Source of the DNA: a virus
DNA: 64,000 nucleotides
Virus record (IMG/VR): IMGVR_UViG_3300032893_000018
Coordinates: 1-64,000 of that record
Strand: one strand, 5' to 3'
Of this stretch, positions 37,694 through 48,276 are shown in pieces. Under the pieces are notes generated by a model, which saw only the letters and a program-made list of their open reading frames with translations, was not told the origin of the DNA and made no database searches. The first letter of the stretch is position 1, and the number at the start of each line of letters is the position of its first letter. The position numbers were made by a program, and so were the translations under genes.

Positions 37694-37954
37694 ATGACGC
37701 ACGCGGAGCGCCGGATGGCCCTGTGGCTCGCGCACCTGTACGAGGTCGAAGGCGACCGCTTCGAACACGGCGACGAACCGTGGTTGGTCCGATACGAGCG
37801 CGTCGTGCCCGACCTGCGCGAGGCGGGGCGCTGCTACGAGGCAGCGACGCGGATGAACGAGCGCGGGATGGGGGGGATCCCATTCGGGCACGATCTCGAA
37901 GAACTTCACGAGCGGGCGATGGACGCCTTCGCGCCAATGGACTGTGACGAGTAG
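37694..37954 (+). CDS. Hypothetical protein
   Basis: ATG ORF MTHAERRMALWL... Confidence 0.45.
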   Translation: MTHAERRMALWLAHLYEVEGDRFEHGDEPWLVRYERVVPDLREAGRCYEAATRMNERGMGGIPFGHDLEELHERAMDAFAPMDCDE

Positions 37955-37988
37955 TGAATGGCATCCTCCTCGCCGGAGGATCTGATCG

Positions 37989-38690
37989 ATGACGAGGAAA
38001 ACGAAGGCGCCACTCCGCGCGCCTGATGCGTTCTTGGAGTATCCCACGGTGCTCCTCTCCCGGTTGAAGGAGGACCCGAAGAACCCGCGCGTGATCACGA
38101 ACGCGGAGCTCGAGATCCTGGAGCGGTCGATGTTCGAGTTCGGGTTCGTCGAACCGGTCGTCGCGAGACCGAGCGATGGCTTGATCATGGGAGGGCACCA
38201 GCGGCGCCGCGCGTACCTCGCGCTCTATCCGAAGTTGAAGCTGTTGATTCAGTTCACCGTCAGGATCAGCGGCGGCACTATCACCGACGAAGACTTCGGC
38301 GCTCCGCGCGCGCCGGTGATGTGGCGCGAACTCGACGACCAACGCGCGCGCATGTTGAACCTCGCCCTGAATCGGATCGGCGGGACATGGGACGCTGATA
38401 AGCTGCCGCAATTGATCGAGTCGCTCACGACGCAGATGCCGCTAGAGGCGTTGATGGTCACGGGGTTCACCGCTGCCGAGCTGACCGACTTCGCCGATCT
38501 CGCGAGTAACCCGGTGGTGACGACCGGTGACGCACCGGTCTCGACGCCGCGGGCGCCGCACTTGTCGTTTGACTTCAGCAGCGAGAAGAAGCGCGATGCC
38601 GTGAAGCGGTTCATCGCTGCGCGTGTCGAGAAAGGTAAGAAGACCGAGCTCGGTGGTGACCTGCTCGCGAAGCTCCTGGGTGTGCGATGA
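37989..38690 (+). CDS. ParB/Srx N-terminal domain protein
   Basis: PKNPRVI..LERSMFEFGFVEPVV..IMGGHQR..LNLALNRIGGTWD. Confidence 0.85.
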   Translation: MTRKTKAPLRAPDAFLEYPTVLLSRLKEDPKNPRVITNAELEILERSMFEFGFVEPVVARPSDGLIMGGHQRRRAYLALYPKLKLLIQFTVRISGGTITDEDFGAPRAPVMWRELDDQRARMLNLALNRIGGTWDADKLPQLIESLTTQMPLEALMVTGFTAAELTDFADLASNPVVTTGDAPVSTPRAPHLSFDFSSEKKRDAVKRFIAARVEKGKKTELGGDLLAKLLGVR

Positions 38691-39124
38691 CGCGCCTCGG
38701 TCGCATGTTCAGGAACCTGTTGGAGCGGTTCCTCGGTCGCTACCATGAAGGGCCCGAGCCGCCGCGCCGGCTCGCCGAGGAGGTGCGGATCTTCCGCCAC
38801 CTGTTCCCGCTTGCCGACGCCAGGCAGTGGGAGGAGCTCGCCGTCGAGCTCGCGGGGCGGTCGTACCGCGACGGGTTCACGCGCGGATTCGAATGGTGTG
38901 AGCGGAGCTGGGAGGGGCCCGCCGTGGAGCCCGAGCGGCTCGCCGAGGCGCAGGCCCACGACTGGTCGGCGGGCGACGCGAACCCCGTCGTGCGCGAGCT
39001 CCTCCTGCGCGAGCCCGACCCGCTCACGGCGCGACAGGTGCGCGACCTCGAAGAGGCGGCGGCCGACGCGATCGCGCGCGGGATCCCGTTCCGCGCGGCA
39101 CCCGGGCCGCGCCAGCGGTGGTAG
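38687..39124 (+). CDS. Hypothetical protein
   Basis: ATGA overlap; 145 aa. Confidence 0.55.
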   Translation: MTRLGRMFRNLLERFLGRYHEGPEPPRRLAEEVRIFRHLFPLADARQWEELAVELAGRSYRDGFTRGFEWCERSWEGPAVEPERLAEAQAHDWSAGDANPVVRELLLREPDPLTARQVRDLEEAAADAIARGIPFRAAPGPRQRW

Positions 39125-39227
39125 CCGCGGCATGATGGGGGAGGCGGCGTTCGGCGAGAACATTCCCCCCCATGTCCCCGGGCGCCGTCGCTTCTTCCTC
39201 ACGGATTACCGTAATCCGTCGCAACCC

Positions 39228-39536
39228 ATGAACACCGCATCCCACGCCATCGCTTCCGTCGTCGCGTATTACTCGCAAGCGCTCGCCGAGGCCGAGGCCG
39301 GAAAGCAGCAGCTCGTGTCGATGCTCAAGGCGTCGACCGCGCCCGATCCGACGCGCGACGCGTTAGTCGCGGCGGCGCTCGTCGTCGCCGAGCTGAAGCT
39401 GCCGACCGACGCGATGATCGCCGCGCTCGAAACCCTCCGGAGGGAAGCCCATGCCTACCGAACCGCGCCCGGTCGAGTCGATCCCGCCCGGATGGCGCGA
39501 GTGGAGCCCGCCCGCGACACCCCACGTCAGGGCTAG
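39228..39536 (+). CDS. Hypothetical protein downstream of palindrome copy 3 (39201-39219)
   Basis: ATG ORF, helical. Confidence 0.45.
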   Translation: MNTASHAIASVVAYYSQALAEAEAGKQQLVSMLKASTAPDPTRDALVAAALVVAELKLPTDAMIAALETLRREAHAYRTAPGRVDPARMARVEPARDTPRQG

Positions 39537-39691
39537 CTACGCGCCGCCGTCGCCGATGGGCCGCGTCGTGCGCATGCGATGCGAGCGGTGTGGGGCGTCG
39601 CGGGCGGTCGTGTGCACGTCGAACGCGCCGCGCTCCCACATCGTGAGGTTTGCGATCGAGCACGCCGGTTGCGCGGCGGCATGAACGCGCG

Positions 39692-41590
39692 ATGACCTAC
39701 GTCGCGGATGTCCTCGGGGACGGCGGGCTGATGGCGCGAGCGCGCAAGGATTACGCCGCGCGGCCCGGGCAGATCGAGATGGCGGAAGCGGTCGACGCGG
39801 CGATGCGCGATGGCGCGCGCCTGCTCGTCGAGGGACCGACGGGCACGGGCAAGTCGCTCGCGTACCTCGTGCCGGCGCTGTGGCGCGCGGTGCACGAGGG
39901 GAAGAAGTGCGTCGTCGTGACGGGGTCGATCCCGCTCCAGGAGCAGCTCAGCCGGAAGGACCTGCCGATGCTCGCCGCGGTGCTGCCGTGGAAGTTCGAG
40001 CACGCGATGCTGAAGGGGATCTCGAACTACCTGTGTCTGCTCGCGCAGGAGGAGGCCGGCACGGACGCCACCATGCTGCGCCCGCTCGACGCGCTGGCGT
40101 CGTGGGCGTCGTCGACGACGACGGGCGACTTCTCCGAGCTGGAGGAAGAGCTCGAGCCGGAGGTGCGGGGAAAGCTGACGACGACGTCGGAGGATTGCCT
40201 CGGGCAGCGCTGCCCGAGAGCGGCCGAGTGCCACGTGCTCAGGGGCCGCGCGATCGCTGCCCGCGCGCACGTCGTTGTGACGAACTACCATCTGTTCTTC
40301 GCTGACCTCGTGCTTCGCCGCGAGATCGGAAAGGGGATCCTCCCGGACTACTCGAACGTCGTGTTCGACGAGGGGCACCAGGCGGCGGAGATCGCGCGCG
40401 CGTTCTTCGGGTTCAAGCTGACGCCGTTTGCGATCCGGCGATGGTCGAAGCGGCTCATGCCGATCGACTCGCGCTTGCACGATCGACTCGTCGGCGCGTC
40501 CGATCGGTTCTTCGCGGCGCTCGCCGAGTACCGGGCGTCGGACTCGTACAAGGCGCGGCTCCTGGAGCACGACCCGGTCGACTGGGAGCCGCTGTGGCAC
40601 GACCTCCGCGCGGCGGAGAAGAAGCTCTCGGACGCCGCGAAGAACGAGCCGGATCCGGCGAGGTCGAAGAAGATCATGTCGGCGGCGGGCTCCGCCGCGA
40701 GCGCCGCTACGATCGTTTCCACGTCGATGCGTCAGACCGAGGACGGCATCGTGTATCACGTCGACGTGGAGGGTCAGGGCCGCGTCGCGCTGTGCGGGCA
40801 GCCGCTCGACGTGTCGCGGAAGCTCCGTGAGTGGATCTTCGCTCATCCCGCGGTCTCGTCCATGGTCGTCGCGTCCGCGACCCTGACGGCGGCCGGTAGC
40901 TTCGAGATGGTCGAGCGCGAGCTCGGCGCCGACGGCGCGCGAAAGCTCGAGGTCGAGTCCCCGTTCGACTGGGCATCGCAGTCGATGGTCGTTGTTCCTC
41001 CCGGCTTGCCGAACCCGACCGAGCGCACGTTCCAGGCGGCCGCGTGCGCCGCGTTCGTCGACGCTGTGCGCGCGGCGCGCGGGCGCACGCTCGGGCTGTT
41101 CACGAGCCGGCGGATGATGGAGGCGGCGGCGGCCGCGCTCCGCGAAGCGCGGCTCGGGTTCGCCGTCATGTGCCAGGGCGAAGCGCCGCGGATGAAACTC
41201 GTCGAGCGGTTCCGCGCCGACGTGAGCTCCGTCCTGATCGGCACGTCGTCCTTGTGGGAGGGCGTCGACGTGCCGGGCGAGGCGCTCTCGTGCGTCGTGA
41301 TCGACCGCCTGCCGTTCGATTCGCCCGACGATCCGATCTCGGACGCGATGAACGAGCGCCGCCGCGACGCGTTCAAGAAGTGGATGCTGCCGCGTGCGAT
41401 CCTCGGCTTTCGCCAGGGGACGGGGCGGCTCATCCGGTCGGTGACCGACCGGGGCGTCATCGTGGTGCTCGACCGCCGGCTCGTCGAGAAGCCCTACGGC
41501 AAGTCGTTCCTGCGCGGGCTGCCGCTCGGCGTGCCGCTCGTTCGGGGAGAGGCCGCGTGGGAGAAGACGATCGCGGACTTCCTCCGATGA
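39692..41590 (+). CDS. dinG: DinG/YoaA-family Fe-S helicase
   Basis: RPGQ, EGPTGTGKSLAYL, NYLC..DC..C..C, VVTNYHL, FDEGH, SATL, SLWEGVDVPG, QGTGRLIRS. Confidence 0.93.
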   Translation: MTYVADVLGDGGLMARARKDYAARPGQIEMAEAVDAAMRDGARLLVEGPTGTGKSLAYLVPALWRAVHEGKKCVVVTGSIPLQEQLSRKDLPMLAAVLPWKFEHAMLKGISNYLCLLAQEEAGTDATMLRPLDALASWASSTTTGDFSELEEELEPEVRGKLTTTSEDCLGQRCPRAAECHVLRGRAIAARAHVVVTNYHLFFADLVLRREIGKGILPDYSNVVFDEGHQAAEIARAFFGFKLTPFAIRRWSKRLMPIDSRLHDRLVGASDRFFAALAEYRASDSYKARLLEHDPVDWEPLWHDLRAAEKKLSDAAKNEPDPARSKKIMSAAGSAASAATIVSTSMRQTEDGIVYHVDVEGQGRVALCGQPLDVSRKLREWIFAHPAVSSMVVASATLTAAGSFEMVERELGADGARKLEVESPFDWASQSMVVVPPGLPNPTERTFQAAACAAFVDAVRAARGRTLGLFTSRRMMEAAAAALREARLGFAVMCQGEAPRMKLVERFRADVSSVLIGTSSLWEGVDVPGEALSCVVIDRLPFDSPDDPISDAMNERRRDAFKKWMLPRAILGFRQGTGRLIRSVTDRGVIVVLDRRLVEKPYGKSFLRGLPLGVPLVRGEAAWEKTIADFLR

Positions 41591-41949
41591 AGCGGCGCGT
41601 GCACCCGAACGTTCAAGCCGCGATCGACGAGATCGAGCGGCAGACGAAGGCGTTGAAGAAGCTCGCCGAGCTCGTCGACATGCTCGCGATCCCGACGTCG
41701 CGCGGCGGCGTGTATGTCACGGACTGGGAGCGCGAGTTCGTGCGGGGCCTCGCGATGAGGGTCGGCGAGGAATTGACCGACAAGCAGATCGAGAAGATCG
41801 ACCAAGTGCACGACGACCTGAGGAAGGGGCGCACGGCGCCGCAGGATCGCGACCCCGGCGCCGCGAACCTGTTCAGCAACATGGAGCCGGCGAAGCGGGC
41901 CGAGCAGTTCGCGCGGGCGAAGAAGGTGAAGCTGCCGTGGGAAAAGTAG
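41587..41949 (+). CDS. Hypothetical protein
   Basis: ATGA overlap; TDWEREFV..LTDKQ. Confidence 0.55.
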   Translation: MKRRVHPNVQAAIDEIERQTKALKKLAELVDMLAIPTSRGGVYVTDWEREFVRGLAMRVGEELTDKQIEKIDQVHDDLRKGRTAPQDRDPGAANLFSNMEPAKRAEQFARAKKVKLPWEK

Positions 41950-42252
41950 CGCGCAGGAAGGTCGAGCGTGAACGGCAACGGGTGCGCCGCCGTCGCGCGC
42001 GCTCGCACAAGCTGCAGCCGGGGCTGCACGCCCTGTCGGCGCTCCTCGGCGCCGATGCGTACGAGGAGGTTCGACAACGCCGCGCCGACGATCTGATGCG
42101 CGAGCTCGGGCGGAACTTCGGGCGGTTCCTCTTCCGAGACTCGATCCTGCTCACCGTGCTCCGGCGAATGAAGCCGCCGCTTGGGATGCGCATGGCGGTG
42201 AGGCGTGGCGAGGTGCAGTGGTCGCCCGATAGATTTTTCCCCGGGATGCACG

Positions 42253-42942
42253 ATGCGCCGTAGCAAGCCGCGCGAGCCGTTCCGCACCATCGTTGCCGAC
42301 CCACCATGGCCATACGCGGACAAGCTGCCGGGCGCGAAGCGCGGCGCCGAGAAGCACTACTCGACGTTGCCCATGAACCGCATCGAGTCGTTCCTTCGCG
42401 ACCGCGGGTTCCCGATCGCCGACGACGCGCTGCTCTTCCTGTGGCGCGTGGCGCCGATGCAGTCCGAAGCGCTCGGCGTGATGCGCGAGTGGAGGTTCCA
42501 GCAAAAGAGCGAGATCGTGTGGTGCAAGTCGGTACGGGACGACGAGGAACAGATCGCGCGCGTTGCCAAGTCGTTCGACAATAAGGGCCCGCGCGTGGAA
42601 GCGGTCATCGAGGCGTCGTTCGAAGCGGCGCGCCGCTTGAAGTTCGGCATGGGCCACTACGTGCGCAACGGGCACGAGGTCTGCCTGATCGGCCGCCGCG
42701 GTCGCGCAAAGGTGCTGCACCGGTCACAACGGTCCGTGTTCTTCGCCCCCGTCGGCGAGCACTCGGAGAAGCCCGACGAGTTTTACCGGATCGTCGAGGA
42801 GCTCGCGCCCGGGCCGTATCTCGATCTGTTCGCGCGGAAGGAGCGCCGCGGGTGGACGTCGATCGGAGACGAGATCAGCACGCCGCCGATCTTCACGCAC
42901 ACGCCGGAGGAGCTCGGCTGGGTGAAGGCTCCGGGTGGGTGA
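42253..42942 (+). CDS. MT-A70-family N6-adenine DNA methyltransferase
   Basis: IVADPPW, LLFLW, GMGHYVRNGHE, HSEKPD, YLDLFAR..GW. Confidence 0.9.
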   Translation: MRRSKPREPFRTIVADPPWPYADKLPGAKRGAEKHYSTLPMNRIESFLRDRGFPIADDALLFLWRVAPMQSEALGVMREWRFQQKSEIVWCKSVRDDEEQIARVAKSFDNKGPRVEAVIEASFEAARRLKFGMGHYVRNGHEVCLIGRRGRAKVLHRSQRSVFFAPVGEHSEKPDEFYRIVEELAPGPYLDLFARKERRGWTSIGDEISTPPIFTHTPEELGWVKAPGG

Positions 42943-43002
42943 TCTTGCCGGCCGCGAGGCGAGCGTGGCACCTTTGGGTCGGAGGATCCGAAGACCGCTC
43001 GC

Positions 43003-43650
43003 ATGCGCCGAACACGCGCACCAAGGCCCCCCGCGCCGCCGCGGGCAGGGAAAAGCCCCGCCGTCGAAGGAGGCGAGGGGTCACGCGGCACACCGCCGTC
43101 GTCGCCGTTCGAGATGCAGCAGCGGCGCGAGTGGGCGCTCCGGCTCCTCCGCGGCGGCGCGACGCTCGACCACCTGATCGAGTTCGGTCGCCGCCACGAC
43201 CCGCCGCTCTCCGAGCATCAGGTTCGGACTGCGTACCACGGCGTGCTCGACGATCAGTCGGAGGCGTTCGCGGACCAGCGCGAGAAGTACCGCTCGCTCC
43301 AGATCGCGCGGCTGTCGAACGACCTCGTGAACCTCCGGTCGCTGCTCGCGCAGTACACGCCGCGCCCACCGTCGGTGCAGGAGCCCACGGGATACCCGGG
43401 GCAGCCGCGGCAGCTCGCGTGGGTGTACTCGGCGATCGCCCGGCATGAGCGAGAGTGGGCGCGCGTCGCCGGCACGCACGCGCCGATCCGCGTCGAGCTC
43501 GACGCGAACGTCGGGATCAGGATCCGCGGCGCCGTGATGCAGGTCGTCGGCTCGCTCAGCGACGAGCAGATGGACGACCTCGCAGCGCAGCAGCTCGAGA
43601 TCGAGCGACGCGCTGGCGTGATCGACGCCCACGGGGACGCGGTCGAATGA
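43003..43650 (+). CDS. Probable terminase small subunit
   Basis: Helical HTH-like protein overlapping the terL start; C-terminal LSDEQMDDL. Confidence 0.55.
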   Translation: MRRTRAPRPPAPPRAGKSPAVEGGEGSRGTPPSSPFEMQQRREWALRLLRGGATLDHLIEFGRRHDPPLSEHQVRTAYHGVLDDQSEAFADQREKYRSLQIARLSNDLVNLRSLLAQYTPRPPSVQEPTGYPGQPRQLAWVYSAIARHEREWARVAGTHAPIRVELDANVGIRIRGAVMQVVGSLSDEQMDDLAAQQLEIERRAGVIDAHGDAVE

Positions 43651-45296
43651 GCGAGGTTCCCCCGAAGAAGGTGCAGGCGGTGGTGAAGCGCTTGTTCGCG
43701 CAAGCGGCGCGCGCTCGCGTCGACCCGGCGGCGTTCTTCGAGTTCGTGATGGTCGAGGAGTTCACAGGCAAGCCGCTGAAGATCGCCCCGCACCAGCAGC
43801 TCTTCTTCGACTTCGTGACGGCCCACCCGCGGTGCGTCGTCCGCGCGTTCGCAGGCGCGTCGAAGACGTACATGGTGTCGGCGCTCACGCTGTTCAAGCT
43901 CGGCCAGGACTCGTCCGAGCGCGGCGTCATCCTGAGCGCCACCGTCGGGCAGGCGAAGAAGCCGGTCGGCATGGTGCGCCGGTACATCGAGGACGGCGGC
44001 CGGCTCGCGCTCGTGTTCCCCAAGCTGATGCGCTCGCCGCGGCCCGGCGACTCATGGACGCAGACGCAGCTCGTCATCGCCCGCGAGCGCGTGATCCGAG
44101 ACCCGTCGCTCACCGTGTGCGGCATCGGCGGCAAGCTGCCCGGCGCGCGCATCTCGTGGGCGAACGCCGACGACCTCCTGACGCTGGAGAACACGCTCGC
44201 CGAGGCGCAGCGCGAGCACACATTTACGTGGATGGGCAGCACGGTGATCCCGCGGCTCGACACCGACGACAGCCACATCGTCGTGACGAACACGCCGTGG
44301 TTCCCGACCGACCTCACCTACCAGCTTGAGAAGGGCATGGACGGCGCCGACCCGTGGCCGTCGCTCACGATGGAGGCGCACGGGGACGTGATCATCCGCA
44401 ACACGGAGTGGGACTCGCCGCTCGTGCGCCCCGCGATGACGGACGACCCGAGGCAGGAGCGGTGCCGACTCGTCGCGCACGATCACCCCCGCTACGCGAA
44501 GATGGTCGGGGTCCATGGGGCGAAGGCGGGGTGGGTCGACGAGGCGGATCGCGTGCCGCTGTGGCCCGAGAAGTGGAACTGGGAGCAGCTCGAGGCGCGC
44601 CGGAAGATCATGCCGGCGTCCGAGTACAACCGCACCATGCGCTGCATCGTCCGCGACAAGGACAGCGAGCGCGTCAAGACCGAGTGGATCGACGCGTGCA
44701 AGGACGCGGCGAAGAAGAACGGCGCCGACAAGCTCGTGTCGCAGTGGGGCGGCGACCACGTGTACACGGGCGTCGACCCCGCCTTCGGGCTGTCGGCGAA
44801 GCACGACCGCAGCTGCATCTTCACGTTCTGCGTTCTGCCGACCGGGCACCGTCGGATCCTCGACGTGAAGGTCGGGCGGTGGCGGTCGAGCGACATGGTC
44901 GACCGCATCATCCAGACGTCGCAGGCGTACGGCTCGCTGGTCTGCGTCGAGGGCAATTCAGCGCAGAAGCTCATCCGCGACTGGGCGCGCGAGAAGAACG
45001 TGAACGTGATGATCCGCGCGCGCGACACGACGGGGAAGAACAAGATGGACCCGCGCTTCGGCATCGAGTCGATCTTCCACGAGGTCGAGCGCGGCGCGTG
45101 GCTCATCCCGTCCGACGCGAAGGGGGCGATGCCCGCCGGGGTGGCGGACTGGGTGCAGGACCTCTTCGACTACGAGCCGGACCAGCACACGGGTGACGTG
45201 CTGATGGCGTCGTGGATCGCGCGCGAGCAGGCACGTCGCCGCGGTGCGTTCGCCCACGCGGACGCGGGCGGGCTCGCGGGGCTTTCGAGCCGGTGA
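43647..45296 (+). CDS. terL: Terminase large subunit
   Basis: PHQ, RAFAGASKT, ADDL, NTPW..DL, PLWPEKW, GVDPA, VEGNSAQ, HTGDVLMA. Confidence 0.88.
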   Translation: MSEVPPKKVQAVVKRLFAQAARARVDPAAFFEFVMVEEFTGKPLKIAPHQQLFFDFVTAHPRCVVRAFAGASKTYMVSALTLFKLGQDSSERGVILSATVGQAKKPVGMVRRYIEDGGRLALVFPKLMRSPRPGDSWTQTQLVIARERVIRDPSLTVCGIGGKLPGARISWANADDLLTLENTLAEAQREHTFTWMGSTVIPRLDTDDSHIVVTNTPWFPTDLTYQLEKGMDGADPWPSLTMEAHGDVIIRNTEWDSPLVRPAMTDDPRQERCRLVAHDHPRYAKMVGVHGAKAGWVDEADRVPLWPEKWNWEQLEARRKIMPASEYNRTMRCIVRDKDSERVKTEWIDACKDAAKKNGADKLVSQWGGDHVYTGVDPAFGLSAKHDRSCIFTFCVLPTGHRRILDVKVGRWRSSDMVDRIIQTSQAYGSLVCVEGNSAQKLIRDWAREKNVNVMIRARDTTGKNKMDPRFGIESIFHEVERGAWLIPSDAKGAMPAGVADWVQDLFDYEPDQHTGDVLMASWIAREQARRRGAFAHADAGGLAGLSSR

Positions 45297-45319
45297 CCTG
45301 GGCGGCATGATCCGCAGCC

Positions 45320-45880
45320 ATGCGGTACGACGACGTCTCGAAGCTCATCAACGGCGCCTGCTCGCTCATGGAGTGCAGCGTGTGCGGCAGGGTGTTCGCG
45401 ATGCAGGCGCGGGAGGACCGGTGCCCGGGGTGCGGCGTGCGGTCGGAGACGGCCGGCTATCTGATGTCGATCCGCGTGTTCAAGTCGCGGCCGACCGGCG
45501 ACCCCGAGGAGGTCGTGCACTGCATCTTCAACTTCGAGATGTCGAACGTTCCGAAGAAGATTCGCGTGGACGACGAGGCGGGTCGGTGCCGGTTCGTCAT
45601 CGACGCTATGACGCGCGCATCTCGCGCGGCCGCCGCCGCCGTGGGGAGGGCGTTCGAGCTCGACGTCGTGGCGTGCACGCGCGCCGACCTGGCGTCGTTC
45701 ACGTCCTGGTCGTGCAGGGGATCCGAGCTCGTCCAGGTGGACGTGTCGACGATGGTCCCCGACGACGCGGAGAACCTCCGCGTGTACTGCTTCGTCGACG
45801 AGGCCGGGCGCCGGTACCTGTCGGGGGCGATCGGCGCGCTCGTGATGGGTCGCCGCGCCGCCACGCTCGGCGATGCCTGA
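45320..45880 (+). CDS. Zinc-ribbon hypothetical protein
   Basis: CSVC...CPGC. Confidence 0.5.
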   Translation: MRYDDVSKLINGACSLMECSVCGRVFAMQAREDRCPGCGVRSETAGYLMSIRVFKSRPTGDPEEVVHCIFNFEMSNVPKKIRVDDEAGRCRFVIDAMTRASRAAAAAVGRAFELDVVACTRADLASFTSWSCRGSELVQVDVSTMVPDDAENLRVYCFVDEAGRRYLSGAIGALVMGRRAATLGDA

Positions 45881-45895
45881 GCTATCCTGCTTGGC

Positions 45896-46594
45896 ATGGA
45901 TCACGTCGTTCTCGGCCCCGGCACGATTCCTCCCGCTCCGGTAGACAGCTCGTGCGCGCACGAGTTCAAGCAGGCGAGGTTTTACCGGCAGGGGCGCCGC
46001 GGGTTCGGCATCGTGTACGTCTTGCTGCACGTCGCGGAGTGCGCGGAGGTCAACAGCGCCGCGGACAATCTTTGCTCCTACTGCGCGTCGATGCCCGACG
46101 GCCGCGTCGCCAGCTGGACGTACGCGACCGACCGGTACTCGGTGACGCAGTCGGTGCGCGAGGCCGATACGGCGTTCCACGCGCCGCCGCTGAACGACTG
46201 CTCGATCGGCATCGAGTCGGCGGGGTTCTCTAGCCAGCTCGATGCGGACTGGGCCGACGACTACTCGCGCGACATGCTCGACCGGTTCGAGACGCTCGTC
46301 GCCGACGTGTGCAGGCGGCACGGGATCCCGGCCCGGGTCGTCCCCGATGACGCGCTCCTCGCGGCGCTGCCGCAACTGACCGCGCTCGCCGGGCGCGGGC
46401 ACATCTACGGCGGCCCGACCGAGCCCACGATCGCGGTCACGTGGGAGCAGGCCGCATCGATCTTCGGGGGGATCTTGACGCACGCGCAGGTCAGCCGGGT
46501 GTTCAAGAAGTCCGCGCACTACGACCCCGGTGCGCACTTCCCGCTTGATGACTTCGTGCGCAAGGTGGCCGCGCGAGTGGCTTCTGCGGCATGA
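45896..46594 (+). CDS. N-acetylmuramoyl-L-alanine amidase (endolysin, Amidase_2)
   Basis: VLLH, AFHA, SIGIE, LTHAQV, HYDPG..FP. Confidence 0.85.
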   Translation: MDHVVLGPGTIPPAPVDSSCAHEFKQARFYRQGRRGFGIVYVLLHVAECAEVNSAADNLCSYCASMPDGRVASWTYATDRYSVTQSVREADTAFHAPPLNDCSIGIESAGFSSQLDADWADDYSRDMLDRFETLVADVCRRHGIPARVVPDDALLAALPQLTALAGRGHIYGGPTEPTIAVTWEQAASIFGGILTHAQVSRVFKKSAHYDPGAHFPLDDFVRKVAARVASAA

Positions 46595-46920
46595 CCCCGG
46601 GCCCGGCCGCGGCATACAGCGGAGCAGCGGTGGTCGGATGCGACCCCGAGGAAGGAACTCCGGTGGAAGACGTGCGGCACTCGAAGAAGAAGGACACGGC
46701 CCGAGCAGTGATCCCCGACGAGCAACGCGAGGACGTCGCCGAGCTCGACGCCCGGCTAGAGGAGGTGATCCGGCTCGTCGACAACCTGGTCGACGCGCAG
46801 GTCATGGGAGCGAGCGACGACGAGCTCGTCGAGCACGCGAAACGGATCGGGAATGCGGGCGCGAAGAAGCGAATCGCGCTGCGCCGCGTCGCAGACCACG
46901 ACATCGCCCTCGGCGTGTAG
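46591..46920 (+). CDS. Hypothetical protein
   Basis: ATGA overlap. Confidence 0.45.
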   Translation: MTPGPAAAYSGAAVVGCDPEEGTPVEDVRHSKKKDTARAVIPDEQREDVAELDARLEEVIRLVDNLVDAQVMGASDDELVEHAKRIGNAGAKKRIALRRVADHDIALGV

Positions 46921-47027
46921 CGGTGGCATAAACGGAGCGGCCCGGGCTCCCGCGAGGGTTGCCTCCGTTCTGACCCGTCTTCTTTGCAGTTGCGCGACGG
47001 GCCCGGGCCTTCAACCCGGGAGATCCC

Positions 47028-47489
47028 ATGCTGGAAGTCATCGAGACGGCGCGGATGCAGGACGGGAGCGTGATGGCGCTCCTTCGGTCGGAGACGCCGG
47101 GCGAGGCCCAGAAGGTGAAGGACGGCGTCACGCTCATGTGCGGGGCCCGCGCGTTCCGGCCGACCAAGGTGTTCGCCGCGACCGACACGGGCCGCCGCGT
47201 GTCGGTCGCGTTCGAGCCGTCGACCCAGCTCGCGGTGCGGATGAAGTTCCGCGTCGCCGGCGAGCCGATGGATGACGAGGAGTTCGCGCACGCCACGAAG
47301 CTCCTCGCGATGGTCGGGCAGTCGATGCGCACGGTCGACGCGGCCGCGTTCCTGGAGCGGCTCCTGTCGATGCCTGGGTCGTCGGGCGCGGGCACCCTCG
47401 CCAGGATCGCCGCGGTGCTGATGGCGGCGCAGGAGTCGCTGCCGCCGAGCGACGACGTCGACGACCTGGCCGCGAGGTTGCGGTCGTGA
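47028..47489 (+). CDS. Hypothetical protein
   Basis: GGAG RBS, 153 aa. Confidence 0.55.
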   Translation: MLEVIETARMQDGSVMALLRSETPGEAQKVKDGVTLMCGARAFRPTKVFAATDTGRRVSVAFEPSTQLAVRMKFRVAGEPMDDEEFAHATKLLAMVGQSMRTVDAAAFLERLLSMPGSSGAGTLARIAAVLMAAQESLPPSDDVDDLAARLRS

Positions 47490-47965
47490 CGGACGCGAAC
47501 GCGATCGCGCTGTGCGTCGTGATCTCGGTGTTCGGCGCGTACGCGGTCGCGTCGGTGCTCGGGAGGACGAAGCTCGGCGCCGCGGTGCTGGCCATGATGG
47601 CGGAGCAGAAGCGGGCGCGGAACCTCGCGAACTACGCCGCGGACGCGCGCGCGGCGACGAACCGCGCGATCGATGCCCGGCTTGAGGTCGCGTTGTCCGA
47701 GCTCGAGCTCTCCCGGATCGCGGCCGAGGTGCCGCCTGAGATGGCGCCCGCCGTCATCCAGGCCGCGCAGTACGGCTACCGCATGGAGCGGGCGGTGCTG
47801 CAGCAGGCGCGCGCCCTCGGGCTCCACGTGCCGCAGGACGTACTTCCCGACGTCACGGCGCCCGAGCCCCGGCCGGACGCCGAACCGGGCCCGCGGCTTG
47901 CCGTGGTGACCGCCGCCGACCCGATGGAGTACCGCGGCGGCTCGTTCGTGCCGCGGCGCCGCTGA
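47486..47965 (+). CDS. Membrane-anchored hypothetical protein
   Basis: N-terminal TM segment; GTGA overlap. Confidence 0.5.
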   Translation: MTDANAIALCVVISVFGAYAVASVLGRTKLGAAVLAMMAEQKRARNLANYAADARAATNRAIDARLEVALSELELSRIAAEVPPEMAPAVIQAAQYGYRMERAVLQQARALGLHVPQDVLPDVTAPEPRPDAEPGPRLAVVTAADPMEYRGGSFVPRRR

Positions 47966-48276
47966 CGCCGTGGCGGCATGACATCCGGTCGAAGGAAGGT
48001 GCGCTTTGCCCAACATCGGCCACAACATCCTGCTGACGCCCGAGGAGATCGAGCTCGCGCTGAAGGAGTGCGCGTTTGAGAAGCTCCGGGCGCGGGGCAA
48101 CTTCCCGAACTTGGAGCGCGGCGAGTTCATCCGCGCGGCGAGCACGCACCGGCTGGAGAACGGCTCGGTGTCGGTGGTGTTCGCCGAGGAGTGAGCGCGG
48201 CTTGTGACCGAGCCCGGCGTCGCGTACGCTGACGGCGCGCCCTCCAAGTGCGGGGGCCCCACTCCCAGGAGAAGCG

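Noticed and set aside
39692-41590. DinG as a type IV CasDinG partner
   Set aside because: It looks like an ordinary Fe-S DinG/YoaA, has no csf genes nearby, and lies over 20 kb from the RAMP-like gene.
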